The notes beneath the pieces are model-generated. The model made no database searches. It was not told where the DNA came from and saw only the letters and a list, made by a program, of their open reading frames with translations. This document shows positions 1 through 11,526 of a stretch of DNA of 64,000 bases, piece by piece. Positions within the stretch are counted from its first letter, which is position 1; each line of letters opens with the position of its first letter. Position numbers and translations under genes: made by a program. Source of the stretch: Vitrella brassicaformis CCMP3155 (taxonomy: Eukaryota; Protista; Chromerida); assembly GCA_001179505.1 (NCBI GenBank), contig CDMY01000426.1, positions 14,694 to 78,693 on the forward strand, in the 5' to 3' direction.

Positions 1-2
1 CG

Positions 3-1974
3 CAGCTGAGATACGAACAGGTCGACGGAGAACAAGAAGTGCTTGTGGGAGCGGAATTTCAGCCTGAGCGATTCCTTCTCACTCTCCGCCGCGTGGCGTG
101 GGTCATCTTGCGGCAAGTGGGTTATGCCCTGACGCTGGCGACACTGTGGGCTGGGCTCTTCACGCTCATGTGGCTCTCGTGCGAGGACGAGGACGGGGAC
201 TGGGACGGGGCAAACCGCACGGCCTACATCGTCATGGATTTCATCAGACGCGCCCTGGCCATCTTCGCGTACGCTGCCCTGCAAATGATCACTATCGAAG
301 GCGCTGACGGCCGTGGGATCATGCGCCGGCTGCGCAGCAGCTCGGGCCATTACGTGATCCCTCTTGCCTGTTCCCTCACGGTGGGCGTGGCTTATTTCTC
401 AGGCCTGCCCTTTCACGCTCACGGCATCTTCGGCCCTCTCATGATCATCTTCATCGGCCATGTCGCGCCTTTCGGTGTGTATCGGCAGGCGGCGGAGAGC
501 ATGGACAGCGTCAACAGGAACAACATATACGCCCTTCAGGCGACATTCATCTGGCTGTTGACTCTCGGAATAATGTCGCTTTGGCTTGGTATCATGCTGC
601 CCATTGGATTGAACGCTGAGAGTGACGGCCAAAGGATTAAGATTGCGCTCATCTGTCTCGCCGTTGGCAAGCCCTTTCTCTCTCTAGGTGAGCTGAAGCA
701 AGGAGGCGTCCGTCTTCTTGCATATAAGCAATTTCTGCGTCTCGCTTTCCTCAGTAACGAATACGTCTCGATTTCTCAAGGTGAGATCCGAGAAGGCAGC
801 ATGATCGACCAAGTCCATTGCACCGCTGTCTCTCGGGTGCATGTGTGTCTGTCGCGAAGGATGGCCCGTCGACGAACACCTCGCCTTTCATCTTTGTCGC
901 CGTGATCGGCTACCTGCTCGTGCCCCGTATCCTGCAGGCAAAAATGATGAAGCTCAGCACAAAGGTGCTGTTCTCCTTTCTCTTCGCCAGCCTCGACCTG
1001 CTGGCTGACATCCTTCTCCCGTACGGCGACCTCATCTGCATGGCAATCGGCCGCTGGTTCGCATCTCAGACATCCCAACAAACGCTGTTCCACCCCTTTC
1101 ATCGCATCAGAGCGGCCAGGCAACCCTCTGATCAAAAGCATGGATTCAGCGACATCGGAATCGACGGACTAGACGAGGATCCTCAGGCAAAGGCCGTGTC
1201 TCGAAACATGATCACATTGTCGCCTGCAGACATACCCCCTCAGCAGCTGGCGGGGCGCAGCTCCTCAAGCATCATCTCTGGCGACCAACCTGTGAGGCCC
1301 GGTCTCTCGCTGGAAAGCACGTCGTCCCGGCGGTCCAGTGATGGTCGGGTTATGAAGCGCGACCTGTCATTAAGAAGCACAATGTCTTCAATCGCCTCCG
1401 ACCCCCGTAGCATTTATGTGATGTGTGACGTGCATCCCCGATACTTGCGAGGTGAGCAAGCCGCTGCTTTCATCCAGACGTGCCTCGCATCTGTGTGGTT
1501 GTCTTTGTCCTGCCTGCAGCCATAAGCGACCAGATACATGGGTTCAACCTGAGTCAGCTGACGGTGCTCATACTGCTGAACCTGCTGCAACTCACCTTGG
1601 AGCAGATCATACAGCCGTCGTTTGGCAGGCTGGCGGAGCGGCTTTGGTTTCTCTTTGGTTCAGTGGATGACAAGAGTGAACAACCTGCCATTGCTGAAGG
1701 TGCAAAGACATGCAGACGATCTCGCACATGACACGTGATGGCTGGTCACCTCTCCCTGGCTCTTTTGCAGAGCGAGGAGGAGCCAAGGGTGGCCCTCACC
1801 CGCGTGGTGTCGCTCTTCTTGAGCTGCCTCGTGCTCTTCTCCTCGCTGTTCCCTTGGATTTTTCTATTCCTCCTTCGCTCCCTGGACGACCAGCATTTCG
1901 ACAAGAGCATTGACGAGATCTGTCCCTACTATAGCCAAAGATATAGCAGATACGTCGACAACGACAGGCTGTGA
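3..1974 (+). CDS. 5'-partial multi-exon multi-pass membrane protein of unknown function
   Basis: The frame is open from position 3. There are several hydrophobic segments (YALTLATLWAGLFTLMWL, IPLACSLTVGVAYFSG, FIWLLTLGIMSLWLGIMLP, RVVSLFLSCLVLFSSLFPWIFLFLL). GT-AG introns near 689-755, 781-858, 1452-1519 and 1699-1769 join ORFs 39..905, 818..1525, 1480..1731 and 1735..1974. Confidence 0.6.
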
Positions 1975-2399
1975 GCGATGCGTCGTGTGCCATCTGTCGT
2001 CGGTTTTGTCCCTGTTTGTGAGCAGTTTTGCCTGTGAGGCCTGTGAGACCGTAAGCCATGTATGCATGTGACTTGGGGACGATGCAATTCGTCACCCGTG
2101 CTCTACTGCATCTTATCCGCCGCCAGCCGCTCTGCCCACACATCAGAATTAGTCTCTCGCTCATTTCCACCAGTGTCGATGAGTCGAATTTCAAATTTTC
2201 CTCACATCTCCAGAGATGATGCACACAGGCCATGTTGTCTTGGCGTTTGGCTCAGCTGCGGTGGTTTTTGGGTGCGAGCCGGATCGCATGAGATCTGCGA
2301 GCTTAGCAAAGAGGAGAAACGCCGTTTTTCAGCAGATCTCCATAGTTACTTGGCGCCAGGAGCACAACAGCGTCCATCACATAGCACTGATCTCTCAAC

Positions 2400-4080
2400 A
2401 TGATGCCTCCGTCGCCTCTGCGACTCATCGCGATGTTTATCGGCATTGTTCTCGCTAACAGCGCTTCGCCGCCCTTATCGTCAGTACATGCCCGGCCCCC
2501 GCGGCGGCTTCACTGCATCCACGGCGGCATGAATCCATCGGATGACGGTCTCGTGGAGACCGCCTTTCCGCCTTCCCTGCCGCACCCTCCCCCACTATCC
2601 GCCATCATCGACGAGGCCGTGTGGAACGCATCGCTGCAGCTCGGCATCACTGTCAAGATGCTGCCGCCTGTCCCGCCACCAGAGCCGTCAGAGGACGCGC
2701 TGCGGACAGCTGAGTTGCCTGGCAAGAGGCACCGGGTGAACCCTCTGGCGGAGTTTGGCTATGGAGATCTATCGCAGGCTGCATTGCGCGAGCACCGCGG
2801 CTGGCTGCTGGGGCAGATGGAGGCGCTCGTGGAGACCTGCGGCATGCTGGAGAAAGAGCTGGGTGGCAAGGAGGAGGGCAAGATGAACAAGAAGGACGAC
2901 AATGCGGCAGCTGCTCAGACAAAGGTGATGCACGCCGTCACCTTGAAAACATATATATCCTGTGTCATGTTTGCGTCAGCCCCTATCTGCCCGCGGCAGT
3001 CGTCCCCTGGAATGGGAGTTTGCTCTCAGCACGGCGTCGAGCCCCAAGAGCTGCCTGATCAACATCGAAGCGGAGGAGGGGACCAAGGTGGCTGGGCCAA
3101 AGGGCACTGACAAGTGGGTCACCTTCTCACAGCTCAACAAATACAGGCGGAAGGACCCGCAAAAGGTGAGCAGGGCGGGGCGGGGTAGCGCAAGGTCGGT
3201 GATCTGTCTGCGCACATCGTTGTGTGGTCGTGCCCGGTGTGTGTGTGTGTGTGTGTGATTGTGTCAGTTGCGAGATTTGTGGTACGGGCAGTATGACGTG
3301 GACTTTGGGCCGATCAATGAACTCGCCTCCACACAGGTATGAGTGTGTGTGGCGTCACCCACACATAACAACACGCGGTGCTTCTGTGCTGCTTCTCATG
3401 CCTGTCCATCCATCCATCATCAGGCGCTTGCCGTGTCAGCGATGCTCGACTCGCCCGTGCTGATTCCCTCCTTAGTCATCCTGTCGATAGCAGGCGCCCT
3501 AGGCGTGTCTGCCGGTGCGCTGTGGGCGGTGCTGGTGCGGCTGCTCAACTCCCATCTCTGGTGGCGGAGCTACGGCCTCTGGAGCAGATTCCTCTATGTC
3601 AGCGCGCCATTCAAGATACTCCTCGGCAGGTCCGCAATGCTTCCACACTTGTTTGCGTAAGCGGTTGATTCATCTTGTGTGTTCGATCGCTGTGCGCGCA
3701 CCTGCAGGTGGGTGTACAGCAGCTGCCGCGATGTGGTCAAGGCTCTTGCGGACGTGGTGCGCGACCGGCTGCTGGACCTGGAGTCCCACCTGCTGCAAGC
3801 GTCCCTCCCCGTCCCACCCGAAGAGACCGTGCCGAAGACACAACGCGACAAAGGCCAAGAAGGAGACCAAGACGACCAGGGTCTCGAGGACGAGCCAGAG
3901 GAGGAGCCACCAGAAGAGAGTGAGGATGCACGCGACAGCCAAAGCAGTACAGAGCAGAGATGGTGGCCAGGGAGGGACCTATGGCGGAGGGTGCGGAGGC
4001 AGAGAGGGGGTGGACAGCGGGAAGGGGAGGACGCTGAGAGGGATGAGCAGCAAATGGAGGCGCAGGAGGGCGGGATATGA
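2400..4080 (+). CDS. Hypothetical protein with signal-peptide-like N-terminus, internal hydrophobic segment and acidic C-terminus (about 5 exons)
   Basis: N-terminus MMPPSPLRLIAMFIGIVLANS. A phase-0 intron at 2925-2979 links ORF 2400 to the ORF 2962 frame. Later exons encode LIPSLVILSIAGALGVSAGALWAVLV and an E/D/Q-rich tail ending at TGA 4080. Confidence 0.55.
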
Positions 4081-4884
4081 CTGACTGACTGACTGCCGTG
4101 TGTGTGTGGGATGGATGAATTCATCCAGTCGGTCTGATGAGACCAGACATAACGGATTGATTGATGTGCGGGTGTGTCTGTGAGTGAATGCTTCATGATG
4201 GTCCGTCCGCTGGCGAGCATCAATCGATGGCTTCTCTTCGAGGATATGAAAAAGGCTATAGAAGCGGTCGATGCTCGGGACTCATCCAAAGTGATCGGGG
4301 CTCATTGCGGCTGAATGATTGGCTCCTGACGAGCCCTGTGAGCCCACAGAAGGGCTTTCGCCCTCCTTTCCAGCCGATCGGTGCGAGCTGAGAGAGGGCG
4401 AGCAATTGAGGGCGAGAAGCAACTTGGCGAGAAGAACGAAACAATTTGTGCTTACCAGGCTTCTTGGTGAGCCAGTGGAGGCGCAGTGAGGCCCTGTTGA
4501 GCGGACGAGTCCGTCTACCCATCGCCCAGCCGCTTCTGTGCCCACCTGATCCATCAGCGGCCCTGCTGCGCAAGAGATCATCACGCCACGTAGCGCCATG
4601 TTGTCCGACGGTGAGTGGGAAGATGGGAAGATGCGGCGATTGGCTCACTCACAAGCACACCGCTGAGCTGTTTGCTGCCTGTGTGTGTTGGTGGTCTTCA
4701 GGTCTGCCTTGTCGACGGGCGGACTGGTTGATTGATTGAGGGCGTGTGCGCGGCTGGCCGCCGACTCATACGTTTGATAGGCAAGCACTGATGCACACAA
4801 CAAATGCATCAGGTGCCTGCAGGCCCATCTCTGTGTGTGTGGTTGGTGCAGCTGTATGCGTGCGTGAGTCGTCCCGACACCCAC

Positions 4885-7800
4885 ATGGCCTCTGCTGGCC
4901 CGGCCGACGGTGGCGATGGCGATGCAGGTACACTCTGCTCAGACAGATGCAGCACGTCACACACACACCATCATCGTGTGTGTGGATGTGTGTTCCTTTG
5001 CAGACGATGTAGCCGAGGAGGAGACCAACGGCTTTGTTTTATTTGACGAGGGTGAGCGACGAGCTGTGGGATATAGCAAGGCAGCACGGTCATGACTGCT
5101 CGTGTGTGTGTGCGTGTGTGCGTGTGCAGGTGTTGTCCGTGTTGAAGGGGGCCGCGGTGTCGGCGGGCAGAACCGGAGACGACAAAACAGAGGTAGACGC
5201 CGGCCGATCCACCGACACACAAATCAGAATCGGCCTCCAGAGCTCATCGTTAATAATCTTGTATGTGCCAACCACAGGTGCGCCGTTGCCAGACACCTGG
5301 TTCCCTCCTGGTGCCAGTGGCGCTAGCATACGGCTATCCGAGCGCATCCTCCGCCGCACAGTCATCGACGAACAGCATTTGACGGACGTGATCCACCAGC
5401 CTGGAGCCGACCCCAATGTGGAGCTGTGGCTACATCACGATGGGGACCATTCTAGCTACAGAGCTTATCCGCTGCTGGCGCTGTGCATTGACAACCTCTC
5501 GGACAACCGCGTGCCAGCCATCTGGGCAGCCGACGGGGACGTGGACGACGACGTGGATGCTCCTGGGTGTCCCATCGTCTCGTCTTGCCCATGTGGCAGC
5601 CCCCTAGCCTCCAGCTCGCCGTCATGCGGGGCCTCATCCAGGGAGGGGCGGACATCAATGCGGGTGAGCTCGGCCAAGCGAGTTGGCCCATCCTGGTGGC
5701 CATCGCCTCGTGCAACCGGGCCGCATTCGAACTCCTGATCGGCCAGCCAGGTGCCCACCCATTCACAGCACTCACGACACGGAACACATAGCATGGTGTC
5801 TGGCTGTCTGTCTGGCTGGCTGGTTGGCTGTCTGTTTCAGGCATCCAGCTGCAGGGGCGATGCGTGCTGAATGTGCCGCCTTCTCGTCAAACGGATCAGC
5901 CGACTAAGGCTGATGAGGCCACCCTGCTGTCCTTCTACGAGCAGCTCATCCAGCGGGACAGCACACTCGCAACAGAGACCGATGCCGACAATGGCAGCAA
6001 CCCGGTGCATTGGGCGGCCGCGAGACCTCCCGTTTGGTCCCAGCAGTTCATCGAGAGCTACATCGAGCTGCTGGTGACCAAGGGGGCGGACATCACGGCC
6101 GTGGACAATGATGGATGGACGCCATTGCACGCTGCGGCAGCCTGGGGTTCGCACCAGGCGGCTGCCTCTCTCTGCCGCCGTCTCACCGCTGCCGACATCA
6201 ACAGAGGAAGGCCGAGTGACACGCCCGTCACACCCCTCGCCGTCGCTGCCATACGGCTCGATGAGGTCACCCAACAGCTGCTGCAGGACGACACCACGGA
6301 GCAGGCCGAGAAGGATCGGCTCACCATCCTAATCCCGAACCTCCAGAAGACCGTCCGTGTGCTGCTCCAGGTGGGCGCTGACATCGCCCTCATGCCCACA
6401 GCCACAGAGCGAGACCGCCGGTGCCGCCAGCTGGTGTTGGCGGAGCGGGCGACCGTGGTCAACGAGCTGCCCATTCCCGAGCCGCGCCCCGCCACCATCG
6501 ATCGAGGCGCAGGATCGGCTGCAGAAGATGAAGGAGCACCGCGACAAGCGCAAGGGCCGGCAGGCCACACGACAGGCCAAGGAGACCCCCACAGAGGCCG
6601 AATTGGCGCGGCAGCAGCGAGAGGCCGACGCCAAGATGGCGGCCCTGATCAGAGAGGAGGAGGCGGCCAACAAGGAGAGGGCGGCGGCTAAGGAGAAGAC
6701 GGGCGGCAAGAAGAAGGGCAAGAAGGCTGGCAAGGGGCAGCCCAGCGCCCCCACCCCCACCTCCACCAGCAGCCCGCCGGGTGACGAAGATGACCAGGCG
6801 GACAGCAGTGGGGCAGCCGATGATGCTGGTGAGGACAGCGACGCCCTCCTGTTGGCGTCGGCCTTCGCCCAACGCGCCATCGAAAGCCAGAAGAAGGCCC
6901 CCAACGCGAAACATCAGAAGGCGGCCGATGTCAAGACCCAGCCAGCTGCCCACCCCGAAAGATCGACTCGTTCCCCCTCCTCGCCCTTCCAGCCCCCCAC
7001 ACCCAAGCACAAGACGACTCACCAGCCCTCGGCTGATCGTCTGCTGCTCTCTCACCCTAGCGGCGTGTCGACGGCCGACCAGACGCCGCGCGAGGAGCGT
7101 CTGCCGGGCCCATCGGCAGGTAGCAAGTTGGGCGGAGGCAGAGGGCTGGGCCTACCGGCTGCTGCACCATCCTTGTTCCCTCGGCCGGCCCCTCCAACTC
7201 ACCGGTTGCCGTTGGCTGAGGAGCTGCGCGAGTCGGCCATGCGGCGATCGTTTGTGTCGTCGAGTACATCCCACCTGTCCCCATCCCCTCGGCCCCTCCC
7301 CCTCGGTGCCGATGATCCATTCCCCCCTCTAGCACATGGGCCACAGCATCCGTAGGCAGACAGACACAGACAAGGGGATGAATGGATGGGCACAATGAAT
7401 GGCGCTGTTGTGTGTGGTCGTCTCTCTTTATATCAGTGACGGCTCGTTTCCCACATCCTCGAGTGGGCATCGTCCCTCGTGTCATCGGGGCCCTCCGCCA
7501 CTCGTCAAGTATCCCAAGTAAGGCACAGACAGGCCGACATGAGGACACCTGACGCACACACCGGTGGGGGGTTATGGTGCACCCGTCTTCTCATGCCGTT
7601 GGGGTCTCTTGTAGGCGTGTTGAGTCGGTGGCTGAGGAGAGTGTAGAGCGTGACGGTGGTGGCGACGTAGAGGACGCTGGTGCTGACGACGAAGACATAG
7701 ACACACAGCAGGAGAGGTCAACACAGCGAAGCTCACGCATTCACACTAACGCCCCGCTGTCACCCTCACTAATACCGACGGCATCCTCTCACGATTTACA

Positions 7801-9647
7801 GGCCAATGTCTGAATCTGCGGACACCACGCGGCCCTCTTCTCGTTCGTCCGGTGCTGAGCCTCTCCGGCCTCCCACCAAGCCTCAGCAGCGCAGAGGCAC
7901 GGCTGGGCAGGCCGGCAGTGGCGTGCGGGCGGTGTTGCACTCGTCTTCGGTCAGTAGCGCAGTGGCCGCATCGGTCGGAGCTGGGCCGGCTCTCATACCG
8001 GCAGCCGACAAGAACCATCGACCACACCAAGATGGAGACGATAGGTCCGTTACATGCCCCAGACAGCATCTCCACCACGGCACGAGTGTCATTTGTTGGG
8101 TGTGCAGTGAGGACGAGGAGGAGCATGACGAGCAGACACAGATGGCCATCGCTGCATCGCTGCACGACGCCACCACCGCTGCCATGATGCTCCCGCCATC
8201 CATCCACATGACGTCTGGCGGCTACGCCAGTGGCGCATCGGCAGCAGCAGCAGCAGCATCGCTCGGGCCTCTGAAGGATGCAGTGTGCAGGGCTATAGAG
8301 GAGCAGCGGAGGTCAGCAAAGGATCGATGGAGGGAATGGGCGGACGCTTGGCTGCGTCATGTGTGTGTCCATGTCATCCATCTGCAGCATGGAGCGTGCT
8401 TATGGCAAGGCGCTGGAGCGGCATTCGAGCATCATGGAGCGGACCAATGAGCTCAACGCGGCCATAGGGGCACTCACAGAAGCCACGCAAGAGCGACCAG
8501 ACACGTACAAAGATGGAAATGAAGCGCTCTGAATCATCTTCATCGATTCCTGTGGTACTTCAGGTTGACTCGCGATGCGTTGATGGCCCTGACGACGGCA
8601 GCCGAGGTCTGTGAGTTCGGTGAGAGGGTCACGCGCGAAGGCGAGCGGCTCGACCAACTCTACAGTCGTGCGTGCGAGTCCTCCCGCACCAGCAGTAGCG
8701 ACACACGTGCTGGCAACGGCAGCGGGTCCCTCTTTGGCCGTTTTTCGTCCCCATCCGCAGCATTTGATGCAGCGCGCAACAATGATCGCATTCAAAGGTG
8801 GGCAACAACGCCAAACACACGCACACACATACACACATTCACTCACACACAGGTGATTGATCGGCACTCACTCAGGCGCTCGCGTCATGACGAGATAGCT
8901 GACGAGGTCGATTCGGTGTCATCGGAGGGGCAGCTGCGCGAGATGCTGCATAGCACTAAGGCCAAGCTGCGACAGTAAGCACACGCACAAAGAAACAAGC
9001 AGTGGAGTATGTTCATGCTGCCCCTTGGCTCTCCTGTAGGCTGGAGGCGGACATCTCGACGGTGACGGAGGCGAGTGCGGCAGCCGAGGCGAAGATACAA
9101 ACACTCCAAGAGGAACACGACCGCCTGCTACAGATAGCCCGCACAGGGTGGGTAGACACACACGCACACAAACTTCGCCGCCAACGCCTCCTGGTTGCGT
9201 GTGTGCAGCCTGACGGAGCACCGGCTGTCATCCCTCCGCTCACCTGATGATGTGGAGGCCTTCAAGCGCGACATCACGAGGGCCAGGGCGGCACTGCGGG
9301 CACTGGGCAAGGAGGCCATCAAGATGGAGGGTCGGCTGGAGGAACGCGAAGCAGCGGCCGCCTCTGCTGCTGCGGCACCGCCGCCCCCTCCCCGTCCCAT
9401 CTGCGTCATCTGCAACAACAGCCCGCCCACAGTGCTGTTTGATCCCTGTGGCCACCTGTGCCTGTGTGCCGATTGCTGGCAGCAGTGGAAGGGCAGACAC
9501 GAGAGGGCCAAGGCAGAGAAGGCGCGGCTGGAGGGGGCGTGCAAGCCGGTGCCTGAGGAGGTGCGTCGGTATGCGGTGCTGAGATGCCCTTCCTGCCGGA
9601 GTGCTGCCGAGAAGACGATCACAGCGCATGTGCAGACGGAGGATTGA
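4885..9647 (+). pseudogene. Ankyrin-repeat / Lys-rich coiled-coil / UIM-like / C3HC4 RING gene carrying two frameshifts
   Basis: Ankyrin motifs GGADINA, NPVHWAA and GADITAVDNDGWTPLHAAA. UIM-like DEQTQMAIAASL near 8130-8160. RING CVICNNSPPTVLFDPCGHLCLCADC...CPSC at 9400-9600. The frame breaks at TCGTC x2 (5575-5584) and ATCG x2 (6497-6504). Confidence 0.72.
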
Positions 9648-9993
9648 GTAGATCAGACAGGCAGAGGGGAGGGGCGGGCTGTGTTGTACAGGTGGTGGAC
9701 GATGCCAGCTGTTGACCGACTCACTATGGGCAGCCAGCGAGAGTAGCTTCGCATTCCATTGCAACATTCCATTACATGTTCATACACGTATGTAACGGTT
9801 CTCACTTCTCACTACCGTCCTCGCGTCTCGAATGAGCCATGCGGACACATCATAGGTCTCCTCTCTCTCCCCTGGCGGCTCTCTCTCTCCTGCTCCTCTC
9901 CTCAGGCGAGCTTTTTTGCGAGCTTGAAGCAGATCTCTCTCTCGAGTTTAACCACTTACTTCCGGCATCTACGACGGCCTCAATACAGCAACG

Positions 9994-11495
9994 ATGGACT
10001 CGGATGATGACATGCTCAGTCTGGATGAATCTGCGCCGCCAGAGCAGCATGCGGCGAGTGACGAGTCGCGGGGCAAGAAGAAGAGGAAGGGCGGAGGCTT
10101 CCAGTCGATGGATCTCAGCGCCGGCGTGCTCAAGGGCGTCCTCAGGATGGGATACAAGGTCCCGACTCCCATCCAGAGAAAGTGCATCCCGCCCATTCTC
10201 GAAGGTCAATAGATACACACGCAGCGGAGTGAGGGTCATTCACCCGTGCCTCTGAGGATGCAGGATGTGGGTGTGCCTCTGTGTTGTGTTCGTTGTGTGT
10301 GTGTGTGTGTGTGCAGGTGTAGATGTGGTAGCCATGGCGCGCACAGGGTCGGGCAAGACGGCCGCCTACCTCATACCCATCCTGCAGAAGCTGCAGGCAC
10401 ACTCAGGTGAAGCGAAGGCAAACCAGGAGCCCATGCGCAACACGAATCTCTCTGTGTGTGTCAGTTGTTGTGGGTGTGCGGTGTGTGATCCTCTCGCCCA
10501 CACGAGAGCTGGCCATACAGACGTCCAAGTTCGCAAAACAACTCGGTGCGTCACGTCCATGAATGAGCCTCCAGTCGGCTCAGTGTCCCGATTGGCCATC
10601 CATCCATCCACCCATCCATCCATCCATCAGGTCGCTTCACGGATTTGCGTCTGTGTATGCTGATTGGCGGCGGTTCGATGGAGAGGCAGTTCGAGCGGCT
10701 GTCCAACAACCCCGACATCATCGTGGCGACGCCCGGTACGTGCGCATTCCATTCATGGATGCATGTGACTTATCTGTGCGTCTATGTGTGTGTGTGTGTG
10801 TGTATGTGTGTAGGTCGGCTGATGCACCACCTGGTTGAGACCGACCTGCGACTGACAAGGGTGCAGGTGCTCGTCTTCGACGAGGCAGATCGGCTGTTTG
10901 AGCTGGGGTGCGTTACCGGCCACATACACGGAGCATCGGACATTCTCAACCAATGCCGTGGTTGGTACGTGCGCGTGTGCAGGTTTTCCGACCAGCTGCG
11001 GGAGATCCTGAGCAAGGTCCCGTCCACGCGTCAGTGTCTGCTGGTGTCGGCCACACTCCCATCACAGCTGGTGGAGTTCTCAAAGGTGCGCAAAGGCACA
11101 CACACACATACACACCTGCACCTGTGGCTGTGGTGTGCGCAGGCCCGTTTGCGCGAGCCGGTGTTTGTGCGTCTTGATGTGGAAAACACGCTGTCGGATC
11201 AGCTCAAGCTGACATTCCTCTACCTACGGTACACAGGGAATGGCCTCACTCGTCTGTGCGCATCTGTGTCCGTCTAAGTGTGTCTGTCTGTCTGCAGGTC
11301 TGAGGAAAAGCTGGCCTGCGTCTTATTTCTGTTCCGCCAAGTCATCAAGGTGACATCGGCCACCAGACGCAACGCACACACATGGATGGATGTCCACGTG
11401 CGCCGATGTGTGTGTACACAGGCTCCCGACAAGGCCATTCTCTTCGCTGCGACGCGCCATCACACAGAATTTCTCGGGGCTCTGCTCAGAAAGGT

Positions 11496-11526
<31 letters not shown>

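Noticed and set aside
4256-4648. Small spliced minus-strand gene upstream of the ankyrin gene
   Set aside because: A GTAAGC donor exists near 4455, but the product has no recognisable features. It could be UTR or promoter sequence.
8341-8387. Apparent GC-AG or ultra-short intron in the RING gene
   Set aside because: A normal GT donor at 8312 gives a 76-nt intron in the correct phase (EEQRS|MERAY).
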